A stretch of DNA of 64,000 bases from Octopus vulgaris (Eukaryota). Shown here piece by piece: positions 1 to 13,473 of this stretch; the first letter of the stretch is position 1, and each line of letters starts with the position of its first letter. Both the position numbers and the translations under genes were made by a program. The stretch lies in assembly GCA_951406725.2 (NCBI GenBank), contig OX597821.1, forward strand, positions 59,954,001-60,018,000, given 5' to 3'. The notes below the pieces were generated by a model. The model worked only from the letters and a program-made list of their open reading frames with translations, searched no databases and was not told the DNA's origin.

Positions 1-367
1 AAAACTGATAATGCTGATGAAGTCTATGAAACAAGGATTACGTTTCTGGATGACTAATGTGAACATTTAAAAACTGCTACAGATAATATAACAAACACTA
101 CAAATGTTTTAGGATGAGGTTAGAAACTGTGCTAAAAAAATATTTGAGCTACTGATGTCTCCTCTTGAAACTTGAAGTTGTTATGAATCTTTCATGACAT
201 ATTTAAAATTTTAAATAATTTCAGTGTGTTTCATTGAAATAGATAGCGACACAAATAGAATTGCAGCTCAAATACACAATAATAACTTCTTAAAGGGAAC
301 AAATTATGCAAAGAATTTTTTTTTTGCAAGCATGAAAAATTAAAGGATTAAAAAAATAAATGAAATA

Positions 368-650
368 CAGGCATGGCTTTGTGGTTCAGGAGCTTGTTTT
401 GCAATCTTGTGGTTTTAGGTTCAGTTCCACTACACAGCACAAGGGGCAAATGTCTTGTACTATAGTTCCAGGTCACCCACTGCTTATGAGTGAATTTAGT
501 AGATGGAAACTGTGTGAAACTCTACTTTGAGTGTGTCTGTGTGTGTGTGTGCACACGTGTGCATCTTTGTGTTTCCCCACTTGATGACCAGTGTTGGTTT
601 GTTTGCATCCTCATAACTTAGCAGTTCAGCAAAAGATAACAATAGAATAG
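368..650 (+). mobile_element. SINE family A copy
   Basis: A-box-like tggctttgtggt, B-box-like ggttcagttcc and an internal (TG)n tract. Confidence 0.75.
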
Positions 651-654
651 AATG

Positions 655-1068
655 ATTTCAAATTTTGGCACAAGGCCAGGAATTTCAGGGCAGTGGGTAT
701 GTCGATTACACTGACCCCAGTACTCAACTGGTACGTATTTCATCAACATCAAAAGGATGAAAGGCAAAGTAGACCTTGGCAGAATTTGAACTCTGAACAC
801 AAAGACTGACAAAATGCTGCTAAGCCTTTTGCATGGCGTGCTAACAATTCTGCCAGCCTTAATGATAATAATAATAATAATCCTTTCCACTATAGGCACA
901 AGGCAGTCGATTACATTGACCCAGTATATTACTGGTACTTGATTATCAACCCTGAAAGGATGAAACGCAAAGTTGTCCTCGGCGGAATTTGAACTCAGAA
1001 CGTAAAGACAGACAAAAAACCGCTAAGCATTTCACCTGGCGTGCTAACGTTTCTGCCAGCTCACTATC

Positions 1069-1106
<38 letters not shown>

Positions 1107-1357
1107 CCTTTCTACTATAGGCACAAAGCCTGGAATTTGAGGGAAGGGGGATAGTTGATCACATTGATCCCAGTGTTTCACTGGTACTTAATTTATCAAC
1201 CCTGAAAGGATGAAAGGCAAAGTTGACTTTAGTGAAATTTGAACTCAGAATCTGAAGCGAGATGAAATGCCACTAAGCATTTTGCTCAGCATGCTAACAA
1301 TTCTGCCAGCTCATGCCTTAATAATAATAATAATAATGATAATAATAATAATAATAA
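655..1357 (-). mobile_element. Three head-to-tail copies of SINE family B separated by (AAT)n
   Basis: Units at about 655-860, 880-1070 and 1105-1320. The minus strand carries gagttcaaattcc (B-box-like) and ctttgcctttcatccttt, which resembles the Meta/Sauria SINE central domain. Confidence 0.85.
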
Positions 1358-1989
1358 AAGCGGCATGTGTTCTTGTAGTTAGTAGCATATGGTCCTACAT
1401 CAGAAAATCCATTAGATATATACTGAAACCAATGTTTTCTATCACCAAAAACCTGTCAAAATTACTCATTGTATTTACTGGCTGTTGTCAACCAATCTCA
1501 ATATACAACACAGAAAATTTCAATAAAAAATAATTCAGCCAAGTTACAAAACAGATTAGCAAGTAGCTTTTGTATCAACTAGTACTGGTGGTAGTAGTAG
1601 TAGTAATAATTGTAGTAGTAATTGTAGTAGTAGCGGCAGTTGCTGTTGTTGGTTGGCATTAGGCCATCACTGATTGATCAGACCTATGATTAAAAGCTCT
1701 CCAGTCACGATCAATCATTCTCTCTTTTGTATGCTCTGGAGTACATTGTCTCATGTCTCCTTTTTCATTTTTTCTAAGCAGCCAAATCTCCTTGAACTTC
1801 CACCCAATAGGGTTGAAGATTTGGCTGCTATTTCTAACAGATCATACAACTTCACAGAGGCTGTTTTGTTGGTTTAAGAAGTGGTTGTTGAGTGTTTTCA
1901 ACAAAAAAGGCAGCAGGGTATGAACCTTCTAAAGATGCACTTTTAAGTTGATTGCATACAATCGACTGTTTTTGTAGCAAAAATTATAT

Positions 1990-2358
1990 CCGTTGTTTTT
2001 TAGTTGTTTCAGTTTGTGGCCATTCTGGGGCACTGTCTTGGGTTTATTCAGACAAATCAATCCCAAAACTTGTTCTTCAGTTTGGTACTTATTCTATCAA
2101 TTTTTTTTTTTTTGCCAAAACACTAAGTTACAAAGATATAAACAAACAAGCTTTGATTGTCAAGCGGTAGCGGGGGAGACAAAGACACATACAAACATGA
2201 CAGGCTTCCACACAGTTTCCACCTACCAAATTCACTCACAAGGTATTGGTTGACACATGGCTGTAGTAGATGACACTGGTCCAAGGTACTGCATAGTGGG
2301 ACTGAACCCAAAACCATGTGGCTGCAACGTAAGCTATCTAACCACACAGCCACGCCTA
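1990..2358 (-). mobile_element. SINE family A copy (similar minus-strand copies near 5700, 7628, 11895, 13525, 31905, 32365, 50610, 52880)
   Basis: Colinear with 24315-24705. Confidence 0.8.
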
Positions 2359-3958
2359 TTTCTTTGTTTGGATTAGTTGAACTAAGCAGTAAACAGTCAA
2401 AGACAGAACGATCTGAAAGAGGAATTGGGTAAACATGCAAATGGTAGTTAAAATAATATCAGCACCAAAGGTTTTAAGCAGATCTGGTTGCCTATGTTAC
2501 TAAGAACAACAAAACACTTTAAGAAAACTGTATCTGAGAGGGAAAATTAACTGTGATGTAAATTTATATCTTATCATGAACATTGTATGGCAATTATATG
2601 TAAGATGTTATTCATGCTTTATTTTATTCTACGTATTTTGAATAGTCTGGTGTGCTTGAGATATCTCTCTCTATGATAAATTTTAACAAACTGGCATTGT
2701 GTAAACGTACAAATTTGCCTAATCAGTAAGATAAGTCATTTACTTGCACAAAAGAACGTGCTTCTTTGTAAGAGATGCAAGACATTTATTATGAAGGAAA
2801 AGATGCTTTATGAAATATATATTTCATAAATATATTTCATTTTATATATTTATGAAATATATAAATATAGGAATGGCATCTGGTTGTAGAAGCCATGCCA
2901 AGCTTGGCATGGAGCTTGATAGAGCTCTATGGTTTGCTGAATCCTGTCAAATATCCAAACCATGCCAGCATGACGAATGATGAAAGACAGAGAAATAGAT
3001 TTTGGAATAATTTTAATCATTTTGGAAGGAAGGATTTCAACTGAGAAAAATCTGCACTGTATTAGACAAGCTATTAAGTGTCTTGTTCAGCTCTTTATTC
3101 AACCAGACTGTGTGTGTGTGTGCGTGTGTGTGTGTGTGTACATACAATGAACTGAATGCGAGTATATTGTTGCATGGTCTTTATTGGTCATTGGAAGTAT
3201 TGGCAATTAAGAAGAAGATATTTAATTGTAGAGGGGCAACAGCACAACTGAAGATACAACAGAAGGAATGAAACCCATCGTTAATATGGAGATGATGAAA
3301 GCTTATTCCTATCTTCTTTCTTTTTTTTTTTTTTTATTGATCTCAGTCACTGGACTGCAGCCATACCGGACTTCAGCCTTCAAAGGTTTCAGTCAATAGT
3401 ATTGATCTCAAGTACTTTGTTTGATGCTTATTTTATTGATCTCGTAAGGGGTAAAATGTAATCAATCTTGGCAAGAGTTTAAGACTCTATGTGTTGAGGA
3501 AAGGAAACAATTGGTTAAATTGGTATCAGTATATATTGCCTGCATTTATAAAACGTGAAGCAATGGAAAGTAAACCAAAGACTAGTAATGTTTGAACTCA
3601 CACCAGCGAGGTACAAAATGCTGGATGTTGCAAAACATCTAATTCTTGTTTTCTACAGACTTACTAATCTGAATCATTTTTTTTTTTAATAAATAACAAA
3701 CTGAAATAAAAATTCTTTCTACTATAGGCACAAGGCCTGAAATTTTTGGGGAAGAGGGCAAGTCAATTACATCGACCCCAGTATGTGACTGGTACTTATT
3801 TCATCAGCCCTGAAAGGATAAGAGGCAAAGTCAACTGTGGTGGAGTTTGAACCCAGAAGATAAAGACATGAAATGCCACTAAACATTTTGCCTGGCACAC
3901 TGATTCTGCCGACTTGCTACCTTATACATTAGTAGTAGTAGTAACAGCAACAGCAGCA

Positions 3959-4866
3959 GCACTCAGAGAGTGCAAACCTCTGCCGAGGCAACACCAATGT
4001 CCTCTTAACGATTAGACACAGATGATTTTTAAAATGAGAATATCTGAAATAAACTTGATTGCTCTCACAAATGAGAATACTAAAAATGAACCTGATCGCT
4101 CTCAAAAATTAAGTAAAAAACCTGAAAAAATAATCCAGAATCCTTGTCTGGTACCTGATCAATCCCAATGGTACTCATGGTGTCACGGGTACTTGATCAA
4201 TCCCAATGGTACTCATTTTCTACAGCCACTCAAGGTGGTTGTAGAAAATTTAGGTACAGTAATAAATAGTTTATCTTTAGCTAATACAAGCCAAAGTTAA
4301 CAAATTCACCATTGCAAAATAGTTTCAAAAGTGGAGGTAATGATAAGTTCTACTCAGGAATTTTTTAATGAAAACCATTTGGTTTTCTCCTCTATTAAAT
4401 TCCAATATGTAAGTATACTGTAAAGTGTTAATATGTATAATATATAATATATATTATAAAAATATGTTAGTGTTATTTAATTTCGGAACAGTTTTACTAA
4501 TGTTTGTTTATGTAGTTTGATTTCTTTATCCATCAATTTCTACTAAGATAGGGATGCGAGTAAAATTAATAATAGAGAAATGAAAACAAAACCTTGGAAA
4601 CAGCCTAAAGGGAGATAATTGAGAAAGACTTGAAAGTTAACATAAGATCATAATTATGTTAAGTAAATATAACAAATAATCCAGAATCCTAGTCCAGTAC
4701 CAGATCGATCCCAAAATCTAATCAGTTCGTGCCAGTCATGAGGCTAAACATCCCTGAAAGTATCGTCTGAATTCATCCAACAGTTTTTGAGATATCTTGT
4801 GCATGGACAAACAAACAAACACAACTGGAAACAATACCTCTGCCTTCACTAAGGTGGAGTTAATAA
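3959..4866 (-). mobile_element. Helentron-associated (HINE/DINE-like) non-autonomous element with internal duplication or insert
   Basis: Terminal hairpin GCACTC-aga-GAGTGC (3959-3973) and sub-terminal motif ACCTCTGCC (3976-3984). A palindrome CTCTGCCTT-cact-AAGGTGGAG lies at 4838-4859 and a (CAAA)n tract near 4807-4820. A 40-bp core is repeated at 4129-4168 and 4675-4714. Confidence 0.55.
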
Positions 4867-7272
4867 TAAACTGAATAAAATGAATGACAACTTTCTAAGG
4901 ACACTAATTAGAGCTCAACTCAGAATGTAGAAGAAAGGAACTAGATATTGAGAATTTAATACTTCACCAGTTGTGTCAATTCACCTACTTAAGAAGAAAT
5001 AGAAATAAATATAGGTCAATTTATTTCTCATATTGTCGTTAGAGCCATAAAAATGGCATTTCATCAAAGCTCAAACTGTGTAGATTTTATTCTTAGAGAA
5101 ACCATACGAATGTTAAATAAACAAATACTTGATCATATTCCAAGTGAAACAGTTTCTGAAACAAGAAATTAACAGATCAAAAGAACAAAGAACAAGGAAA
5201 AAATACCTAGAAGCGCTTAAAAATAAAATATCAGCGTCAAGGAGTGCATCCTTCCTTTAAGTCCTATCTAGAGTTCAGTGTAAAAAAAAAAAAAATTGAA
5301 TCACAAATGAATCATCAGTATTTCAATGTTGACTGGCTTTGTACATGTTCACAATATTGCCTTTCCTTCTTTAGGTAATTTCTCTGTGAGTCATGCCTAA
5401 CTATTTCAACAACATTTTACTGTCTTCCTTAACTGGCTGGTTCTAACACAGCTACCATCAACTACGATTGCAGAACCCATTTTTATCTTGCATAAATTAG
5501 ATCATCCAATCTTATCTAATTTTTTAGATCTAAATCATTTACATGTCTTTGTCATTTTCCTCTTTCTCTCTCTCTCTTCTTCCCTATTCCTGCCCCAAAT
5601 AGGCATCATTTGGTGCTCCTTACATGCAACCATTTTTCTCGTCCTTAGATTGTTCGAATTCACTCTATCTTCTGGATTTTGCAACATGGTATCTTTTATT
5701 TTTTACTCGTTTCAGTCACGCTAGGTACCATCTGGAAGGGTTTAGTCAAACAAATTAATCCCAGGATTCCTTGGTTGGTCTTGCTTTCTTAACTGCTAAA
5801 TTACATGGACATAAATTAAACAGAAGTGGGAGAAAACAGAAGAAACACCATGTACAAACAACAAGCTTCCTTCAGTTTCAGTCAACCAAATCCACTCACA
5901 AAGCTTTGGCTGGCATGGGATTATAGTTAAGAAAAAACTAACCCAAGGTGCTGCACATTGAAACTGAACCCAAAATCCACATGGTCAGGAAGCAAGCTTT
6001 TTAACCACATAGCCATTCCTAATATCATATTTAGCTTCTTCCTCTCTACCCATTGATTTGTGTGCAGCATTTCATAACTATTTATTTGAGTTTTTATATT
6101 TGTTACTATTAACAAATTAAAATACAGCCCTCTTAATTAATATTCACATACAACATTGAAGGCAGTAAATATACTGGACTGAAAACTTTCTCTACGAAAT
6201 CAAAACAATTCTGTAGCTGTAGAATATACTTCCTTTTTCTCTTTTGTTTGTTTTCATGTATTTCATTTCATCACCAAAATGTGAATACAACTCAATGTTG
6301 AATCAACAGTTTATATTAAACATTCAAATGAATAGAGGAGGGAGTAGTAGAAAATGTCTCATGAGATCATTTTTCATTTATTTATTCATTCTGCAAAGGT
6401 TAACATTATAATCAACATCAACATCAATAGAGAGAGACAGAGAGATGATGTAACGAAGAAATCAAGATTATTACTTCATCTCAACATGCAGCCGAGCTAT
6501 TTTTAGCTTCTCTGAGGCCTTAGAGCAGGAGTCAGCCTTAGGTCAGTGTTAGTTTAAAGCTGTACTCATTAATCAAGCAAGATATTCGTACAGCAGCATC
6601 GTAACTCGGCAACATACAGAAACACTACAGAAGTTACCTGGCATTTCACTGAGGCATTACAACAACTCCCTTTGTCGATGTACAACATCCACAGCCTTTG
6701 TACCACTTTGACGAATCGTCGCATCACAAACACACTTGATCATTAGCAGAAAACACAAAAACGCCATGAGTGCTTTTGAACAAAAAGAAATGACATCATT
6801 GCAATTCTACGACGACTCAATGAATGTGAAGCCAAAGAAAGTGGTTTCAAATATAGTTTGTAGCTGAGATAGTACTTTGCTTTTTATAGCACTAAGATGT
6901 CTATTATATATAAAAAAACAATGATTTCTTTCCTTGGCAAAAAGATTTGCTTGAAAAAGAATAGGTTATTTAGTCGCAACAGAAATATATTTTATCACCT
7001 GTTTTTAACCCTCACTGCACTGGTTAAATTTTTGCTGGTGATGTAACATGCAAATCAGTTCTTGCAATCTCTTTCTATTAGCCAATAAAAATAAAATGTG
7101 CATCGTGTGTGATATGAAATGTGGGGGATTCCAGAAAGCACCTCACTACCAAAAACAAACTAAGTCAATCCCTGTGTCTCAAGTACACATGACAGAGCTG
7201 AGTATATTCAGTTCTTGCACAGTAGGTGTTAAGATAAATATCAAGGAAATTTTTTAACAAAGAATTACAAAG

Positions 7273-7436
7273 TATCATTTCTATTCATGTATAAGTAGCA
7301 CCCCTAATTTAGTGTTAAATCTTAGTAGAAAATTGTTTTCCTTCATTTTAGTTTGATCCTTGTATAAGTTGCACCCTAGATTTTCAATACAACATCAAGT
7401 ATAATTAGTGTGACTTATACATGAGCAAATATGATA
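7273..7436. mobile_element. Degenerate Tc2/pogo-like MITE
   Basis: Imperfect TIRs tatcatttctattcatgtataagtagcac / gtgtgacttatacatgagcaaatatgata, with an internal repeat of tgtataagt.gcaccc. Confidence 0.55.
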
Positions 7437-8049
7437 ACTTGCTCCTGGAAGTGTATAATGTGTCACTGAATTTAGTTTCTGTATTGCAAAAATAACAAGT
7501 AAAATTTAAAACTTGGATTTGAATTTAAAGAAGGTCCTTAGAGGATAGGATTTGTTTTCACCCACTGATATTTGAAAAGATTAGGTACAACTCATCCTCT
7601 TAGAAGTCACAAAACAAAAGTGGATTATCTTTTACTTCTTTCAGTTATTGGACTGCAATTATGCTGGGTCATTACTCTGAAGAATTTAGTAAAAAAAAAT
7701 TGCCCCTGCCCCCCAGACATAAACACAGACACACACACACATATGATGGGTTTCCATCTACCAAATTCACTCACAAGGCATTGGTTGGCCCTGTGCTATA
7801 GTAAAAGACATTTTTTACTAAGGTGCTATGCAGTGGGACTGAACCTGAAACCACATGGTTGCAAAGCAGACATCATAACCACAGAGCCATACCTGCATCT
7901 CTTGACCAATTTTTTTAAAAATTTGCAAAAGTAATGATGTTTTTGTCTACACACAAGTTCAGTTTTGAAAGTAAGGGGCATTTAATCAATTATACATATA
8001 TATATATATATATCTTATATATCTATCTCTGTGTATTACAGATATTTAA

Positions 8050-8370
8050 GTGTGGCCTAGTGGTTGGGTATTTTGTTCACGACTGTAAGGTCTTGAATTC
8101 AATTCTTGGTGGCATGTTGTATCCTTGAGCAAGACACTTTATTTCACATTGCTTCAGTCCACTCAGCTGACAAGAATGAGTTGTACCTGAATTTCAAAGG
8201 GCCAGCCATATCACATTCTGTGTCATCACACTGAATCTCCTAAAGAACGACATAAAAGGTATGCGTGTCTGAGGAGTGCTCAGCCACTTGCATTTTAATT
8301 TCACGAGCAGGCTGTTTCATTTATCGAATCAACCGAAACCCTTGTCATCATAACTGATTCAGTGCCAGCT
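8050..8370 (+). mobile_element. SINE family C
   Basis: tggcctagtggtt (A box), gaattcaattc (B-box-like) and tgtatccttgagcaagacactt (V-SINE-like motif). Matches 28417-28752 and the reverse of 24890-25202. Confidence 0.8.
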
Positions 8371-8666
8371 ATTAAGGTAATCGGATCCTTGTAGAATCTG
8401 AACACAACTACAAAGAAATGCCAAAATAATAAACAGTGAAGTCTTGTACTCTTCTGTTTGCATTAACTCACTAACCCCATAATCTATAAAAATAATGAAA
8501 GCATTCAACAAAGCATCATTTCTGTGAGCCATACCATCAATACCAAAACAAAGAAATAATTCGAGGCATGAAATCGATCTTATATCTTTTAGGAATTTTT
8601 TTTTCCGGTTTTCTTAATTTTCTTTTGTTACATTGATCACTCAAAAAAGCACCTTTCAGAATCTCT

Positions 8667-8667
8667 A

Positions 8668-8700
<33 letters not shown>

Positions 8701-8737
8701 GTGTATATATGTGTGTGTATGTGTGTGTGTGTGTGTG

Positions 8738-8785
<48 letters not shown>

Positions 8786-8845
8786 TATATATACAAACAC
8801 ACACATGTGTATGCATTGTGCGTGTATATACACATACACACACAG
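8667..8845. repeat. Compound (TG)n/(TA)n/(CA)n microsatellite
   Basis: Directly visible. It is the source of several spurious ORFs. Confidence 0.95.
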
Positions 8846-10025
8846 GTATTCATACAACAATGAAATGAAAGTACACTGTCAATAATCTTGAAAGCCTTCG
8901 TCACCATTATCTGACTCGCTTCATTAAACAAGTAAAAGAATGATTCACTGTGAAGATTAACAACAAAATAAAGCTTGATTTTCTGATAGAATCTGCATTT
9001 TTTATATTTTGATGCTAATTGTCTTTGTCTCTATCAGATATTGTGAACATGCAAAAACCATTTTGGCCAACAGTAATTGTCTCTCTATAAAAATATCGTT
9101 GTTGTTATAGTGTGTCTGTGTGGTAAGAAGTTTGCTTCTCAACTGTATGGTTTCAGGTTCAGTGCCACTGTGTGGCACCCTGGGCAAGTGTCTTCTATTA
9201 AAACCCTAGTTTGACTAAAGTTTTGGGAATAGCTTTGGGAGATGGAAACTGAAAAAAGCCTATTGTGTGTGTGTGCATCCTTGTTTTGACATCAGGTGAT
9301 TGTTGTAAATGAATTTCATTCATTTCCAATAATCTGTGAAAACATATCAGGCCATGGGAGACATATTACTGCACTTGAAAACAAGTAAAGCTGGGTGACA
9401 AAAAGGACATCTGGACATAGAAAATCTATCTTAAATTCTGTATGACCCATGTAAGCATGCAAAAGTGGATCCGATGATGATGATGATGATGACAGTTTTA
9501 TAGAAGAGCCTAGATATTTGAATGAGTCTATGAAAAAAATTACATAGAATATAAACAGAAAATGTACAGATGTAAGATCAGTGAGTGATAGTCATGTGGG
9601 AATGAAACTCGCGTCTCTTCACTGAGTACTGCATATATTAAAATTGCTTTCAAATTTTGGCCAGCAATTTCAGGGAAGTGGGTAAGTTGATTATATTGAC
9701 CCCAGTGCTCAACTGGTACTTATTTTATGAACCCCAAAAGGATGAAAGGCAAAGTCAATTCTGTATATTGCCAACAGGTCTCACCTGTTTCTCAGATTAA
9801 TTCTTGCTTCTCTTTATGCTCATAAACTTATAATAAGAACTCACCAAACACAATTTGTAAATGTATAAGAGTTATGATGTGAGACAAAAGTGAAGAAACA
9901 GGAACTAATGATTTTCCTTGAAAACAATTTGGGTGTGTGAGCTAGGGATCTATACTTCCTATTTTTCAATGACTTAGCACACAATCACACACAATGAAAA
10001 AATCCTACTCACCCCACATATTATA

Positions 10026-10380
10026 CAGGGTGGGGCAGAAAAGACAGAGATTTTTGAAATAGCTATTACTCAGCCCTAGTGGGAGGGACATATGTCTAAC
10101 ACATACCATTCAGTCCATGGTGTCTTAGCATTTTTTTTCTTTTCAGGTGAAGTCATGGCACTGTGGCTGATAGAGCATCATGCATTTGCTTACGACAGTT
10201 GTGAAGAATAACGAGTCTGTCGCAGCAGTTCAGCGTGAGTTTCAGCACCACTTTAACATTCACCAAAATCAGGCTGTTCCTACCTATAACAATCTTATGT
10301 TGGGTGAATGCCCTTCGTACACAAGGTACACTAATGAATATGAATTTTTCAAAATAGTCCATCCTCTCTGCCCCACCCTG
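10026..10380 (+). mobile_element. Internally deleted mariner-like element (DUF4817-type N-terminus, rosa/maT-like)
   Basis: TA|CAGGGTGGGGCAGA...TCTGCCCCACCCTG|TA. The interior encodes a frameshifted MALWLIEHHAFAYDS/VKNNESVAAVQREFQHHFNIHQNQAVPTYN/TILCWVNALRTQGTL, a typical transposase HTH start. The catalytic region is absent. Confidence 0.8.
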
Positions 10381-13262
10381 TATAACTGAGTTTGCTGTTG
10401 AGCAATGACATACATTTAAATGATCTCATTTATACAGCAAATCATGACAAATACTTGAAATACACAAATATATAACAGTGACCTGTTATTCAAATGAAGT
10501 TCTAAAAGACCATGTAACAACATGAAATATTAATCAGCCTTATTTCACCACCTATATGAAATATGGGAAAGGCTTGGCTGAATGGTTGAGATGCTGGCTT
10601 CTCAACCATGCAGTCTCAGCTCTAGTTTCACAGCACAGCACTTTGGGTAAGTACCATCTACTATAGCCCAAGGCCAACCAAAGCCTTGTGGATTGATTTG
10701 GTAGAAAGGAACTGAAAGAAATATGTTGTATATATATATATATATATATATACATACACACACACATATAAGTATGTATATCTATGTATACACACACATA
10801 CAACATATGTATGTGTGTGTGTGTATGTATCATTTATATTACATATGAGTGGGTGTTCATCATCATCATTTAATATCCGCTTTCCATGCTGGCATGGGTT
10901 GGAAGGTTTGACATGGAGCTGGCTAGCAGGGAACAATCCAGGCTCCCACCGTCTGCTGTGGCATGGTTTCTGTGCCTGGATGCCCTTCCTAACATCAACC
11001 GCTTTACAGAGTGTACTGATTGCTTTTTATGTGTGTGAGTGTATGTATACCCTATTGTGACATCACAAGATGGTTGCAAAAGAGCATCATTATCAGACTA
11101 GCAAGTTTGTTTGTTTCTAATCTTCTGTGAAAAACATAAATCTAACCCATGCAAGCATGAAAAAATAGATGTGAAATGATCACACACATACACCCACCCA
11201 CCCACCCACATTGGACCAGCCGACAAGAACATCCCACAAAAATCAAAACAACAGAACCATGTACATAATAGTGTGAAATATTACTCAGTTTTATTTCACC
11301 ACCTACATGAAACATATATATATATAGAGAGAGAGAGAGCCATCCCATAAAAACATGTCATCAGCTGATTCCTATCAGTAGATTGTTGTTTTAAACAGCA
11401 ATATTGGAAAATCAATTTTTTGAAACCTATCACCTACCTCTGCAAACAAACAAACCAGGTGAAATTTACACAAAATCTCATACGTCTAATGGAATGACAA
11501 GTGAACTTCATTCATATTGCTTAATAGCATATTAAGTGGGAGGAAACGTTGCTGAAGAAAATTACAGCCAATCCTATATATTTCTGATTCATTAGCACCA
11601 TCACTATGGCAATGAGCCAATGATTACACAACAAGTTCTATACTAATTTCTTTAGTGTATTCTTATAGTGCTACACTTGTAGTAACTGCTACTAATTTCA
11701 GCTGTACTATTACTTCACTACTGTATGCATTTATAATTACATTTTAAACTATATCCGGGATTTCCTAGTATTATTATTAGTAATTTTAGCTGTAATAGTG
11801 TACTGGCTATATGATGTTGTTGTAGTAGTAGTAGTAGTAGTAGTAGAAAAAATTTAATAGGTCTCTTACTGACAATACATCTATATCTTTTATCTTCCAC
11901 TTGTTTCAGTCATTGGACTGCAACCATTCTGGTGTCTTGAAGTGTTTAGTCCAACAAATCAACCCCAGTAGTAATTTTTAGGTCAGGTACCTATTTTGCT
12001 AAACTGAAAGTCATGGGACTTAAACAAGCCAACACTGGTTGGCAGGCGGTAAGGGAGTGAAAGAAACACACACACACATATTGTGTGTGTGTGTGTATCT
12101 ATGTGTGTGTATATATATACACAACAGGTTTCCACACAGTTTCCATCCACCAAATTCACTTACAAAGTCTTCCTGGGGCGATAGAAGAGACTTTCCCAAG
12201 GTGCCATATAGTGGGATTGAACCTGGAACCATGTCATTGGGAAGCAAAGCTTCTTAACCACACAGCCACATCTGCACCTATTCAGAATAAAAATAAAATA
12301 AACAACAGAAACCATTTTTTCCTTCGTCTTTGTCCTCTACAGCAGAACATGTCATCAGACCAAGCAACACAAACATATTTATTCTATCCCCACTAGGTTT
12401 GTGAAACATTTTGTTTTCTATTTGAGTATCTTAGCCCTTACATGTTCTCTGCTAGACTTTTGCCTCAACACCTGTTTTTTAAGAATGTTTTCTCTGAGAA
12501 CAACAGCCTAAGAATAAAAAATAAAAAATATATGTTTCACTTTATTTACCCTAAGAAATGTTTCTCTTCTCTTAACCCCTTCTACAACACTTGGAATAAA
12601 ACGACAAGGTTTTTATTTTCTTTCTTTCTATCTTAGAAGTGATACACATTGTGTACTGTTTTCTCTCTCTTCTCCCCCTCCTCCTCTATAACATGAGGGT
12701 TTGTCTATATGGCCAACCTGTATGTGAAGAATTCTATAATGGTGTGGTAAGAGACCTATTTTTTCTTTTTCTTTTCTTCTTTTTTTTTTGCTGTACAGTG
12801 AAGACAATTCCACTTTCCTGCCTGCAGACAGCCAAGGTAAAAACAATTCTAAGTACTGTTTAAGGCTGGTGGTGACTACCCTACTTACCTACTTCTCTCT
12901 TTCTTTCTCTTGTCTCTCAGTTAGCCTGCAGAAAACTTGTGGATAACAACTGTGAAAACGGACACTGAATTTAAGCAGGAGAGTTTCATCATTCAAATAG
13001 ATATGATGTAACAAACAATATGAGAATAAAAATATCATCCTGCGGCATTAATCATTTTACCCTCGTCCGTTCAGAGAAAATATCTACACTTCAAACTATA
13101 CATAATGGAACAGAGTTTTTCTTTAAGAAAGAACAATATAGAAACAGGACTCTCAACTAATTTTTGACACTGAAGGCGTTATATATAGACAGAGAGACTA
13201 AACAGTTTATGCAAACCAACACAATTTATACAAACTGTCTGTATAGATAAGTGGTCAAACAT

Positions 13263-13417
13263 TGATTAGGACTGGTGTGAGAAAAAAATACATTCCTGCC
13301 ATATGGATGACATGCCACCCGCAGATGCTTAATACCTGATTGAAAGTTCACTTCAATTCTGTAATGGCAGACACTTGGTACATTTTCACTAAAAAAAATC
13401 AGGAAATTCTAAAAAAC

Positions 13418-13473
<56 letters not shown>

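Noticed and set aside
14-45. CTGATGA...GAAAC hammerhead-like motif (also near 3249 and 36259)
   Set aside because: No convincing combination of stem II, GAAA and cleavage triplet, so it cannot be distinguished from chance.
2807-2830. 24-bp perfect AT-rich palindrome
   Set aside because: Built around a TA run in very AT-rich DNA, so it carries little information.
8537-8931. Overlapping ORFs rich in YI/CV/HT repeats (also many similar ORFs across the track)
   Set aside because: These are translations of dinucleotide microsatellites and SINEs.
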